Position numbers and translations under genes: made by a program
Notes under the pieces: generated by a model
Database searches by the model: none
Seen by the model: the letters and a program-made list of their open reading frames with translations, nothing else
What the model was told of the DNA's origin: nothing
Part shown: positions 52,442 through 61,700 of the stretch, one piece after another
Layout of the letters: each line of letters starts with the position of its first letter
Position numbering within the stretch: position 1 is the stretch's first letter
Virus record (IMG/VR): IMGVR_UViG_3300046689_000199
Length of the DNA stretch: 64,000 bases
Direction: 5' to 3' (one strand)
Source: a virus

Positions 52442-54322
52442 TCAGCGTCCCTTCTTCGGCGGAGGCTTCTTCGCCGTCTTCTTCGCAGGTGAAGCGGTCT
52501 TCGCGGTCTTCTTCGCAGCCAGCGCGTTGGCCGGCTTCTGGGCCTTCATCTGCTGGAGCTTCAGCTTGGTGTTGGTGGCAGCCGAGCGGTCCTTGACCCG
52601 GATCTGCTCCTTGGTGCGCTTGTGCTCGCGGTTCGCCATCGTGTCGGAGAGCCGCATCTTCTCCTTCTCGCGCGAGTGCGCGCTCTGCGCAGTCTTCTCC
52701 GCCAGCATCATCTTCTCCTTCTCGCGCTGATGCTGCGGTCCAGCGTTCGGGTCCTCAGGCGGCGGCTGGTTGGTGGCCTCGGCCTGCATCTGAGCCTGCT
52801 GGGCCTGAGCGTCTGCCGTAGCCGGGTGCGGGGTCTCGGAGTGCATCTGGGCCTGCTCCGGGGTCATCCCCTGCGCCGTCATCTCGGCCTTCTGCTGCAG
52901 ACCGAGCAGCTCCATCTGGCCCGAGCCGTACTCCATGGCCTGCTGCTGCTCCAGCATGATCCGCTTGTAGTCCACGTCCTCGTCGGTCATCTCGGGCAGG
53001 CGGGCGATCTCGCGGATGTACTTCTCCAGCTCCGGGTCCGGGAACCACTGCATGCCCGCGCCGGCGGTCGAGGAGATGAAGGCAGCCAGCTGGTCCAGAG
53101 CCGGCGGGTCCACGTTGGTGGGCTCGAACCTGGGCAGCTCGTCCAGCTTCCAGCCGTTCACCGCGAACAGCCGAGGCACGGCGTACCGGTTCAGGGTGTC
53201 GGCGATGGTCTTGGTGATCGCGTTCAGAGCGGCCCGGAAGATGCCGGTCTTGTCGGTGTGCAGTGAGTAGGAGCCGGTGTCCTCGTGCCCGACCAGGATG
53301 AAGTCCGCCAGCACGCTCATCAGGATCCGCTGCTCGTAGCGGTTGATGATCCCGTTGGTGTCGAACTGACGGGTGCCTCCCGAGCTCATCAGCTCGAAGT
53401 CGAAGAGGGGCTGCTTGGTGTCCGGGTCGTACTGGGTCGGCAGCACCAGGCCCTCGTTCTCGTCACGCCTGACCCCGCGGACCATCTTCTTGAAGGCGTC
53501 CACGGTCTTCGCCTGAGGCGTCCCCTTGGCCGCCGTCAGGTAGTCCGCGGGGACCCTTCCTACAGGCATGCCCGCCAAGTCTCGCTCAACGCCGATCGCC
53601 TCGAACTCCTCCAGGCGCTTCTTGAAGTACCAGGAGCGGTAGCTGCTCCGGAGCAGGGACATGCCCTCGGGGTTGCCCTTGGCGATGGAGGTGCGGAACA
53701 GGATGCTCTTCTCGATCGGCAGCACCGTGGTCTGGTACCGAGGCGGGGCCATCTGCACCATCGCCCGGATCCCACCGGTCTCGTCGAAGGACCAGCGCAT
53801 CAGGGTCTCCTGCGCGCGGATCGGGATCTTCCTCCAGCCGATCTTCCCGTCCGTGTACTTCGAGCGCTTCCGGGGGTCCTTCTCCCAGGGCCCGATCCGC
53901 TTCTTGTAGACGATCTCGTGCCAGGACCAGCCGTAGGTCATCATCGAGAGGATCTCGCCGATCAGGTCGTCCCAGCTGTGGGACATGTCCTCCATACAGG
54001 ACTCCAGGAACTCCTGAGCCTGCTCGCCCTCCTCGCCGCCCTCGGGCGGGAGCACCTTCCACTCGACCTCACGGATCAGCTTGTCGATGCTGAACAGCAG
54101 CGCCCCGACCATGGAGTCGTTGGACGCCATCTCCCGGTAGACCCGGACCGCCTTGCGGCCACGCAGCGCCGGCAGGAACTCCTCGTCGACGTAGCCTGAG
54201 ACCCGCTTCAGCCCGGAGACACCGAGCTCCTCCATGGGCCCGACGCGCTGGGGGATCTCGTCGCCCGCGTTGTCCTCGTCCCAGGTAGAGATGTCGCCCT
54301 GGGGAAGCCGCACGTCTGCCAT
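52442..54322 (-). CDS. Portal protein (626 aa) with a Lys/Ala-rich C-terminal tail
   Basis: Position immediately downstream of TerL; size. Confidence 0.6.
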   Translation of the reverse strand: MADVRLPQGDISTWDEDNAGDEIPQRVGPMEELGVSGLKRVSGYVDEEFLPALRGRKAVRVYREMASNDSMVGALLFSIDKLIREVEWKVLPPEGGEEGEQAQEFLESCMEDMSHSWDDLIGEILSMMTYGWSWHEIVYKKRIGPWEKDPRKRSKYTDGKIGWRKIPIRAQETLMRWSFDETGGIRAMVQMAPPRYQTTVLPIEKSILFRTSIAKGNPEGMSLLRSSYRSWYFKKRLEEFEAIGVERDLAGMPVGRVPADYLTAAKGTPQAKTVDAFKKMVRGVRRDENEGLVLPTQYDPDTKQPLFDFELMSSGGTRQFDTNGIINRYEQRILMSVLADFILVGHEDTGSYSLHTDKTGIFRAALNAITKTIADTLNRYAVPRLFAVNGWKLDELPRFEPTNVDPPALDQLAAFISSTAGAGMQWFPDPELEKYIREIARLPEMTDEDVDYKRIMLEQQQAMEYGSGQMELLGLQQKAEMTAQGMTPEQAQMHSETPHPATADAQAQQAQMQAEATNQPPPEDPNAGPQHQREKEKMMLAEKTAQSAHSREKEKMRLSDTMANREHKRTKEQIRVKDRSAATNTKLKLQQMKAQKPANALAAKKTAKTASPAKKTAKKPPPKKGR

Positions 54323-54343
54323 GCCTTCAGTCTCCCATCGGTG

Positions 54344-55846
54344 TCACACCATCAGGTCCAGGTCCTCGGCGACCTCCTGGCTCTTGTTCTGGACCGAGCC
54401 CACCACCCAGTTCCCGGGCTTCCGCGCAGCGTCCTTGTTCTGACGCATCTCCTCCTCGATGAAGGTGGGCCCGTCGTCGCCCTTGATCATGATCGGGTGT
54501 GCGGGGATCGCCCGCTTGGAGACCAGCCGGTAGCACAGCGCCATCGAGCAGATCTCGTCCGGGAGGTGGAACTCCTTCCCGCGCGCGTAGAGCATGTCCA
54601 CCGAGGCGTACAGGTGGGCCTTGTAGAAGACCGGGACCCGCGGAGCCAGCCAGCGGTGGTTCTCGATCGAGCTCACGTACTCGCTCAGCATGTTGTCGCG
54701 GTTCGCCCCGGTCATCAGGAAACCCCGCGCCCGCCTGTCGATGTAGTCCGCCACCACCCCACCCAGCCCCGTCGCGTCGTGGATGCCTTCGGCGTTGTAC
54801 TCCTTCATCAGCCGGTTGAACTCCCCGATCATCACCGGGTAGGGCAGCCGGCGCATCCGGGACCAGTGCACGACCTTGCACGGGAACCGGGTCACGTCGG
54901 CCACCGTGATCACCGTCCAGTCCTGCTCCTTGGCCCAGTCCGCGCCGATCACGTACTCCGCGTCGCCCTTGGGGTCCTCAAAGCGGTGCACCTGGCGCTC
55001 CTTGGACACGCTCTCTCGGATCGCCTTCTCGGGTAGACCGAACATCTTCTCCACCGAGGCCGAGTCGATCGCACGGGAACCGATGCTGGGCTCACCGAGG
55101 TCGTACTCCACCCGCCACATCTCGGCGGGGATCTCCCGGCGCTTCTGGTCGATGGTCTCTTGGTCCAGCCAGCCGTCGATCGGGTTGGAGGTGTCCTTGT
55201 AGCACCAGGTGAAGATCGGGAGGTTCTCCTCCTGGAACCGCGCGTACTCGTGCGCGAAGGTCTTGTCCGGGTACTGCCAGGTGCTCGACATCGCTGTCTG
55301 CGGGCGGACGATCGTGCCCTCCCAGTTCTTCTGGGGCATCGGCTGGCCCTTGGCCGCGTCGAAGATGGCCTGGTCCATCTCGTCGATCTCATCGAGCAGC
55401 AGGGTGGGCGGGTGCGGTCCTCGGACCGTCTTCTGGGAGGCCGTGAGCGGCATGATCGTGGCTCGGTTCGTGAGCTTGATCTTGGTAGCCGACTCCTCCT
55501 TCACCAGGTAGGAGGGAGCGTTGCTGTGCTCCCAGGCGTCGCGGATGGTGTTGTGGATGTTGATGGACTGGTTCAGGGAGCCACCGACGATGTTCACGTC
55601 AGAGCCCAGGACTGCGGCCTTGGTCAGACCTAGGATGGAGAGCAGCCTGGACTTTCCGGACAGGCCGCGAGAGCCGTGGATGAGAATCTGCGGCTCTCGG
55701 TTGAAGTAGGCGGTCGCGAAGGCGTCGAACGGAGCGTCGTGGTCGCTGCAGACCTTGTGCCTGGGGATGGTGTGGCCCCAGAGGGCCTTGACTACCTCGT
55801 AGAGCTCGTCGTCGGTCCTAGGTCCGCGTCCCAGGATGATGCTCAC
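54344..55846 (-). CDS. terL: Terminase large subunit (GTG start)
   Basis: Walker A GSRGLSGKS; Walker B LLLDEIDEM; C-terminal nuclease-like segment VIGADWAKEQDWTVITV. Confidence 0.85.
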   Translation of the reverse strand: MSIILGRGPRTDDELYEVVKALWGHTIPRHKVCSDHDAPFDAFATAYFNREPQILIHGSRGLSGKSRLLSILGLTKAAVLGSDVNIVGGSLNQSINIHNTIRDAWEHSNAPSYLVKEESATKIKLTNRATIMPLTASQKTVRGPHPPTLLLDEIDEMDQAIFDAAKGQPMPQKNWEGTIVRPQTAMSSTWQYPDKTFAHEYARFQEENLPIFTWCYKDTSNPIDGWLDQETIDQKRREIPAEMWRVEYDLGEPSIGSRAIDSASVEKMFGLPEKAIRESVSKERQVHRFEDPKGDAEYVIGADWAKEQDWTVITVADVTRFPCKVVHWSRMRRLPYPVMIGEFNRLMKEYNAEGIHDATGLGGVVADYIDRRARGFLMTGANRDNMLSEYVSSIENHRWLAPRVPVFYKAHLYASVDMLYARGKEFHLPDEICSMALCYRLVSKRAIPAHPIMIKGDDGPTFIEEEMRQNKDAARKPGNWVVGSVQNKSQEVAEDLDLMV

Positions 55847-56153
55847 TGACCAGCTCCTTCAGCGTGTACCCGGTCTTGACCCAGGGCACTGAGAGCTCCC
55901 AGGTACCCGCCGGCGACTCCACACGGTAGCGCCACCAGAGTGCGTCGGTGTCGGTCGGCGTGAGCTGTACCGAGAAGCTCCCGTCCGATCTGAGCACCTG
56001 TTCCGGTGCCAAGCAGGCCCAGGCGATCTCTTCCTGGATTACCCAGAGCCTGCTTGGCATGAACCGGACCAGGCCCTGGACCGGACGACCGTTCTTGTAC
56101 TGGAAGGATCCTGTGACAGTCACTGTTCTCGGCATGGATCCCATCCTATCCAC
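55818..56153 (-). CDS. Hypothetical protein overlapping the TerL start (TerS not recognised)
   Basis: ORF of 111 aa coupled to the holin-like gene; no helix-turn-helix seen. Confidence 0.35.
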   Translation of the reverse strand: MDRMGSMPRTVTVTGSFQYKNGRPVQGLVRFMPSRLWVIQEEIAWACLAPEQVLRSDGSFSVQLTPTDTDALWWRYRVESPAGTWELSVPWVKTGYTLKELVSEHHPGTRT

Positions 56154-56389
56154 TACACCTGAGGCGCTACAGGCGGGTCAGCGGGTGGAGTGGCGGGAGG
56201 AGCATCTGCGTTCCCCTTCAGAGTCACCGCAGCTCCGGTCACGATCATCGCCACGATGGCAGTCACCCACTCACTACCCGTGATCGTGGTACCTCCATCG
56301 GAGTCGCTGAGCACCGAGCTTCCGATGACCACTGCTCCTGGCACCAAGAACCCGAGGATGCCCTTCCAGTACTCCTGCCAGCTGGCCAT
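56153..56389 (-). CDS. Holin-like small membrane protein (two TM segments)
   Basis: 78 aa with two hydrophobic helices, immediately downstream of the M23 peptidase gene. Confidence 0.45.
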   Translation of the reverse strand: MASWQEYWKGILGFLVPGAVVIGSSVLSDSDGGTTITGSEWVTAIVAMIVTGAAVTLKGNADAPPATPPADPPVAPQV

Positions 56390-56398
56390 GACGGCCTC

Positions 56399-56839
56399 CT
56401 ACTTCTTCTTCGGCTTCGGCGGCCTGAAGTCGATCGAGGGCTGGGGGTTGCGCACGATCGCGCACGACCAACCACCCGATGAGACCGAGTGCCGCTCGAA
56501 GTGCAGATGAGGCCCGGTCACGTTGCCTTCCTGACCGACCTCACCGATCTTTCGCCCGGCACGGATCCTTGCTCCGTTCGGGACGCTGCGGGTACGCATG
56601 TGCGCGTAGAAGTCCCGAGTGCCGTCACCACGCACGATCTCCAGCTGGTGGAAGCCGAAGGCCGAGCCGTGGTTGGCGTAGACCACCTTCCCGCCCCGAG
56701 CGGCGTAGACCGGGGTACCGACCGGAGCCGGGAAGTCGACACCGGTGTGGATGCCGTTCCCCCGGCTGTCACGCCGGCAGCTCCACCACGGACCACGGCG
56801 ACCGTACGGGGTTCCGATCGGACGGTTGACCGGTCTCAT
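56399..56839 (-). CDS. M23-family metallopeptidase (endolysin candidate)
   Basis: HTGVDF and HLHFE motifs (HxxxD...HxH) of LytM/M23 peptidases. Confidence 0.7.
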   Translation of the reverse strand: MRPVNRPIGTPYGRRGPWWSCRRDSRGNGIHTGVDFPAPVGTPVYAARGGKVVYANHGSAFGFHQLEIVRGDGTRDFYAHMRTRSVPNGARIRAGRKIGEVGQEGNVTGPHLHFERHSVSSGGWSCAIVRNPQPSIDFRPPKPKKK

Positions 56840-57018
56840 TCGTCGTCCACCTCGCCTTCCTCGGTACCGTCTCCACCTGCGCCGGGATCGGCTGAGTCAT
56901 CTGAGTCGACCCTCTCGTCGGGATCGAAGTCGACGTCGAGACCCTCCTCGGACTCCTCTTCCAGGTCTGCTTCGACCTGGTCGGTGTCCGCCAGTGGCTC
57001 ACTCGGGGTCTCGCTCAC
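56836..57018 (-). CDS. Hyper-acidic small protein (60 aa, about 40% Asp/Glu)
   Basis: MSETPSEPLADTDQVEADLEEESEEGLDVDFDPDERVDSDD... Confidence 0.45.
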   Translation of the reverse strand: MSETPSEPLADTDQVEADLEEESEEGLDVDFDPDERVDSDDSADPGAGGDGTEEGEVDDE

Positions 57019-57320
57019 TCAGACTCCTCCTCCTGTACCTGCTCCTCCTCGGAGCGGTCGGCAGGGTTCTCCCAGCCGCTCTCGTAGGCAGGGTCGTCCT
57101 CGGCACGCGGGTCGAGGTGCTCCTCCTTGCCACCGGCGTACGCAGCCGCGCGCTCGGCGTCGACGTAGACGTCCGGGTACTGGATCTGGCCCGGGATGCC
57201 GTTGAAGTCGTCCTCGCCCTCGGGGTCGACGAAGGGCTCCGGCTCGGTCTCTTCGTTCTTCTTGGTCGTCATGTCTTCATCCTCACTCGTTGGGCTAGTC
57301 ACTACAGGGCTTCCTCCCAC
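57015..57320 (-). CDS. Hyper-acidic small protein (101 aa)
   Basis: ...EDEDMTTKKNEETEPEPFVDPEGEDDFNG...RSEEEQVQEEESE. Confidence 0.45.
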   Translation of the reverse strand: MGGSPVVTSPTSEDEDMTTKKNEETEPEPFVDPEGEDDFNGIPGQIQYPDVYVDAERAAAYAGGKEEHLDPRAEDDPAYESGWENPADRSEEEQVQEEESE

Positions 57321-58411
57321 ACCAGATGTAGTTCCCCGCTGTGGAGGTTGCTACTCAGGGAGGCCATCGAGGAGTAGTCATTCGGGAAGGCATCGGCCTT
57401 GACCGGGTCCTTCCAGTCCAGACCCATCCCCTTGATGTTGGTGTTCAGGTTGTTGCTGAACGCAGCCGGCAGGTTGAACCAGCTGCCCTGGCCCTTGGCC
57501 AGCTGGCCGAGCTTGGTGATCTCGGTCTTCCCGAGACTCCCACCCGGAGCAGGCAGTCCGCTCTGCGCACCGATCGCCGTCCAGAACAGGTAGACGTTGG
57601 CGTTCTGGCTCCCGGTGTCATCGGTCCGCCTGATGAAGATCTGAGCGCTCTTGATGGTGACCGTGCCCTGCTGCCCGATCGAGTCGGTGATCTGGTTGCC
57701 GTACAGCCACAGCCCCACCGAGCGCGGGGACTTCTGCTGGATCAGGTTCCCGCTCTGGAACCCAGCGGCTACCCACGAGCCCGTGGTGTTCGGCTGGATC
57801 CGAGTCTCCTTGGTGACCACGTTCGGCACGTCCACAGAGTTCTTCGGGACATGGATCGCAGCTGCGGTAGCCACACTCCAGTTCCCCGCGTCGTCCAGAG
57901 CCCAGCCGGTGAAGTTGTAGGTCTGGTCGCCCTTGATGATCGAGCCCGCCGAGGAGTTGCGAGGCCACTGCTTGTAGGAGGTCACCGAGGTGTCGTTGTG
58001 CCCGCCGTAGTCGTTGTAGCGCCACTCGCTCCAGGGCTCATTCGGGTAGGTGGAGTCCGAGGCCGAGGTGTAGGTGCCGCCGAACTGGGTGGTGGGGGGC
58101 TTGCCGGCGTAGTCAGTGAGCACCCGAGTGAGTCGCGCGTCCGGGTCGTTGGACGCTCCTGGGAGCCGCACCCCAACCTGGATCCAACGCGAGACCAGGG
58201 TCTTCACACCCTTGATCGTGTTGAAGTTCTCGGAGATGGACAGCGAGATGGTCGGTGGACTGGGCGGCGTGACGTCGTACTCGTAGGCCCGAACCCAGGC
58301 TCCGGCCTGCTTGATGTGCGCCTCGGTGGCCGCTGTCCAGACCCCGTTGCGCAGCACGTAGGGCCGCTGGCACTGGACCCAGACACCGTCGACCTTCTGG
58401 TAGAGGGCCAC
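57302..58411 (-). CDS. Tail fibre-associated protein (369 aa; candidate receptor-binding or fibre accessory protein)
   Basis: Position downstream of the fibre gene; polar, beta-rich composition. Confidence 0.5.
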   Translation of the reverse strand: MALYQKVDGVWVQCQRPYVLRNGVWTAATEAHIKQAGAWVRAYEYDVTPPSPPTISLSISENFNTIKGVKTLVSRWIQVGVRLPGASNDPDARLTRVLTDYAGKPPTTQFGGTYTSASDSTYPNEPWSEWRYNDYGGHNDTSVTSYKQWPRNSSAGSIIKGDQTYNFTGWALDDAGNWSVATAAAIHVPKNSVDVPNVVTKETRIQPNTTGSWVAAGFQSGNLIQQKSPRSVGLWLYGNQITDSIGQQGTVTIKSAQIFIRRTDDTGSQNANVYLFWTAIGAQSGLPAPGGSLGKTEITKLGQLAKGQGSWFNLPAAFSNNLNTNIKGMGLDWKDPVKADAFPNDYSSMASLSSNLHSGELHLVWEEAL

Positions 58412-58414
58412 GGG

Positions 58415-58741
58415 CTACACCTTGAAGAAGACGTCGCCGTTGGCACCAGAGCTGTTCGCCGGGACCGAGGACCCTGAGGTGATCGCCGGCTGAGCGGGCG
58501 GGAACTTCACCCAGGCCGAGCCCGAGTAGTACCAGACCGAGTCGGTGTCCTGGGTGAAGGCGAACATCCCTTCCTGGACCCCAGCTGCAGTGGTCGCCGC
58601 GTCACGAGCAGCAGTGGTCGCGTAGACCCCCACCACCCGCTTCTCGATCTGCTTGGCGAGCTGGGTGATGTCGTCAACCACATCCGGGTCGTCCGTACTG
58701 ATCGGCACCCGGAAGGCTTGTGCGGGGGTAGTTCCTGGCAT
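58415..58741 (-). CDS. Tail fibre-associated small protein (108 aa)
   Basis: Position. Confidence 0.45.
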   Translation of the reverse strand: MPGTTPAQAFRVPISTDDPDVVDDITQLAKQIEKRVVGVYATTAARDAATTAAGVQEGMFAFTQDTDSVWYYSGSAWVKFPPAQPAITSGSSVPANSSGANGDVFFKV

Positions 58742-58775
58742 GTCTGCCTCCTCTACTCAGATCGTCTCATCCGCG

Positions 58776-61700
58776 TCACGTCTTGATGATGAAGTTGACC
58801 GTCAGGAACGGTGGCCGGTTCTCGTTGGATGTGTTTCCGCTACCAGTGCTTCCAGTGTTCTGCATCTGCGAGGACGCCGTGCGCCCGCTGATGGCGTGGG
58901 TGTGACCGCCGGAGTTGGTCGGGTTGTACGGACCGGTCGCGCCCGTGTTGGCGATCGTCCCATTGGTCTTCTGCAGAGAAGACGTGGAAGAGCCGGTCGT
59001 GTTGCCGATGTCGATGGGGTGGACGTGCACGGAACCGGAGTCGTTGTTGGCGTTCAGACCACCGGTCGAGGAGTTCGGGAACCCCGGGGCAGTGGTCGCG
59101 TTGTGGTAGTGGTCCCCGATGTCGTGGGTGTGACCAGGCATACCAGACTGGCCACCCGTAGCGCTGAGCGCGTTCAGCGGTCCAACACCTTGTGCGAACT
59201 TGTCTCGCATGTCTGGAACGTTCGCACCGACCACTGCCGCCAGCGCGGGGTAGCTCGCCGTAGACCCACCATCACAGAGGATCCAGCCAGCCGGTGGGGT
59301 GGCGGTCGGCCACATCATCATGCAGCCGGTCGGCACGAACCGTGAGTCGTTCCCTGGTGCTGCCTGGGTAGATCCAGTGCCCAGCGAGCGCAGCCCCTCG
59401 ACACCAACCGCTGGCGACTTCAGCGAGGCGTTGATGTCAGCTGCCACGATCTCGCCATCGTTGATCATGTTCGAGGTGACTCCACCGACCCCGATCGAGA
59501 GCGTGGTCCCGGTCAGCGCCAGTCCGGATCCCACGACCAGCTCAGTGGCCCTGGGGGCGTACGAGGTCGGCACCTCGCCGAGCTCGGCCTGCCAGGCACC
59601 GACGATGTAGTACAGCCCGACTGCGGGGTTGGCCTCACTGCCGGACCGCAGTGTGAAGGTGCCACTGGCAGCAGTGATGAACGAGACCGAGAGACGAGTC
59701 CAGGTGTCCTTGACCGTGGTAGTAGCGCTCGGGTTGGTGGTGATCCCAGCGCCGGTGGTGATGATGGCGACCTGCGCAGTGCCACTCGCAGTCGGGTTGT
59801 AGACCCACATCGTGAACGTGTAGGCGGTGTTCGGAGCGAACCGGTTCCCAGCTGCGACCGTCTCGCTGACCACTGCGTAGCTGCCGATCCCGAAGGCGTT
59901 GCTGGCGTTGGACGAGGTGACCCGCATCGCGCGCCCGTTGCGCCAGGTGGTGGTGGTCTCCTGGGTGATCGCAGCACTGCCGAAGTTGCTGGCCGCTAGC
60001 CCTGTGGTCTCGATGAAGTTGGAGTTGACCAGCAGGTTCCCGCCACCCATCAGCGGGAGCTGCGCCGGCGGTACTCGGGTAGTGGCGTCCAGAGTGGCCA
60101 GGCCGCTGGCTGCTCCAGCACCCAGATCGGTCTTCGCCGTGGCCGTCGACACCCAGTCAGGAGCGCCCGAGGTTCCAGCCGCCCTCAGGTAGGTGGTGAC
60201 CTGTGGGTTGTTGCCCAGCCGGTTCACGCCCATGATCCCGGCACTGATCTGGTTGGCGTTGAGCAGGACCGCGTCTGCCTGCCCGGAGCCGTGACTGGCC
60301 GCGTGTGCGATCGGCGTGCGTGCGTCGGTGAACCTGGTGTCGTTGCCGAGCGGGACCGTGGTCCCGGTCTGTCCGGTGGGGATCTGAGCGATCGGGACCT
60401 TGGTGCTGGCGTCCAGGGAGGCGACTCCGTTGGCCGCGTTCACCGACGAGGTGTTCACCTTGGTCGTCAGGGCAGGGACCGTGGGGTTCGGGTAGGTGCC
60501 GCTCAGGTCTCCACCTGCAGCCCCGTTGGGAGGCAGCGCAGTCGGAGTCGGGATGGTGACGATGGCCTCACCGGTCACTCCGGCAGTCGCAGTGACGCCG
60601 GTGCCCTTGAAGGACATCTGGGTGGCGTTGGAGACCACCAGCGTGGTCTCGTCCACCACGTTCACAGAACCCGCTGAGGAGCCTCCTGGCGGGCCCTGAG
60701 CACCGGTAGGGCCAGCGGGGCCGGTGATGTTGGTGCGCAGCGTCCAGGCGCTCGCTCCGGTCTTCTCGTAGACATCCCCGTTGGTCTGGTTCAGGTACCA
60801 GTCCCCGACCGCTCCAGTGGCTCCAGACGGAGCTCCAGCACCACCCCACCAGCCCTCGGCCTGACCCGTGGCACCGGTGTTGCCGATGGGTCCCTGGATG
60901 CCCTGGCTACCGGTCGCTCCCGTGGTGCCCTGTGGGCCCTTGATGTTCCCGCGCAGGGTCCAGGTCGAGGCCCCGGTCTTCTCGTAGATGTCGCCGGCAG
61001 TGGTGTCCAGGTCCCAGTCGTTGACTGCCCCGGTCGCGCCCGAGGGAGCGCCGGCACCCGAGAACCACTTCTCACCAGCCGTGCCCTGAGCACCGGTGTT
61101 ACCAGTCGGACCCTGGATGCCCTGAGCTCCAGTCGCACCCTGTGGCCCCTGAGCTCCAGTAGCACCCTGTGGTCCGGTGTTACCGATCGGTCCCTGGCCA
61201 CCAGTGGCTCCAGTCGGACCAGTAGCTCCGGTCGCGCCCTGAGATCCGGTAGCTCCGGTGTCGCCCTTGTCGCCCTTCGGTCCGGGTGGGCCGACCAGCT
61301 TGACGATCACCATCCTGGTGTGGACCGTGCTGAGGGTGATCGTGCCACTGTTGACCTGCGAGGCCTGAGCCTTGAACGTGTGGTTGCCCGCGGCCATCCC
61401 GCTGATCACCCAGCTCTGGTGCACCGTGGCACGAAGGTTGGCCGTGCTACCGCTGTTGAAGGTCGCTACCGCAACCTGGGCCGTGCCGTCAACCACCAGC
61501 TTCCCCGACATCACCGAGTTGTCGCCTGCTCCCGCAGTACGCGCGTCGAACGCGGCTACCACCAGGAACCGATCCGAGGGCCCTCCCACGGATACCGCCG
61601 TGGACATCCCGGGGATGTCGGTGTCGGTATTGGTCAGCGTCAGGCCCGCTGTGGCAGCGAGGGTGTAGGTATCCAGCGTGGTCGCACCACCGCTGCCGAT

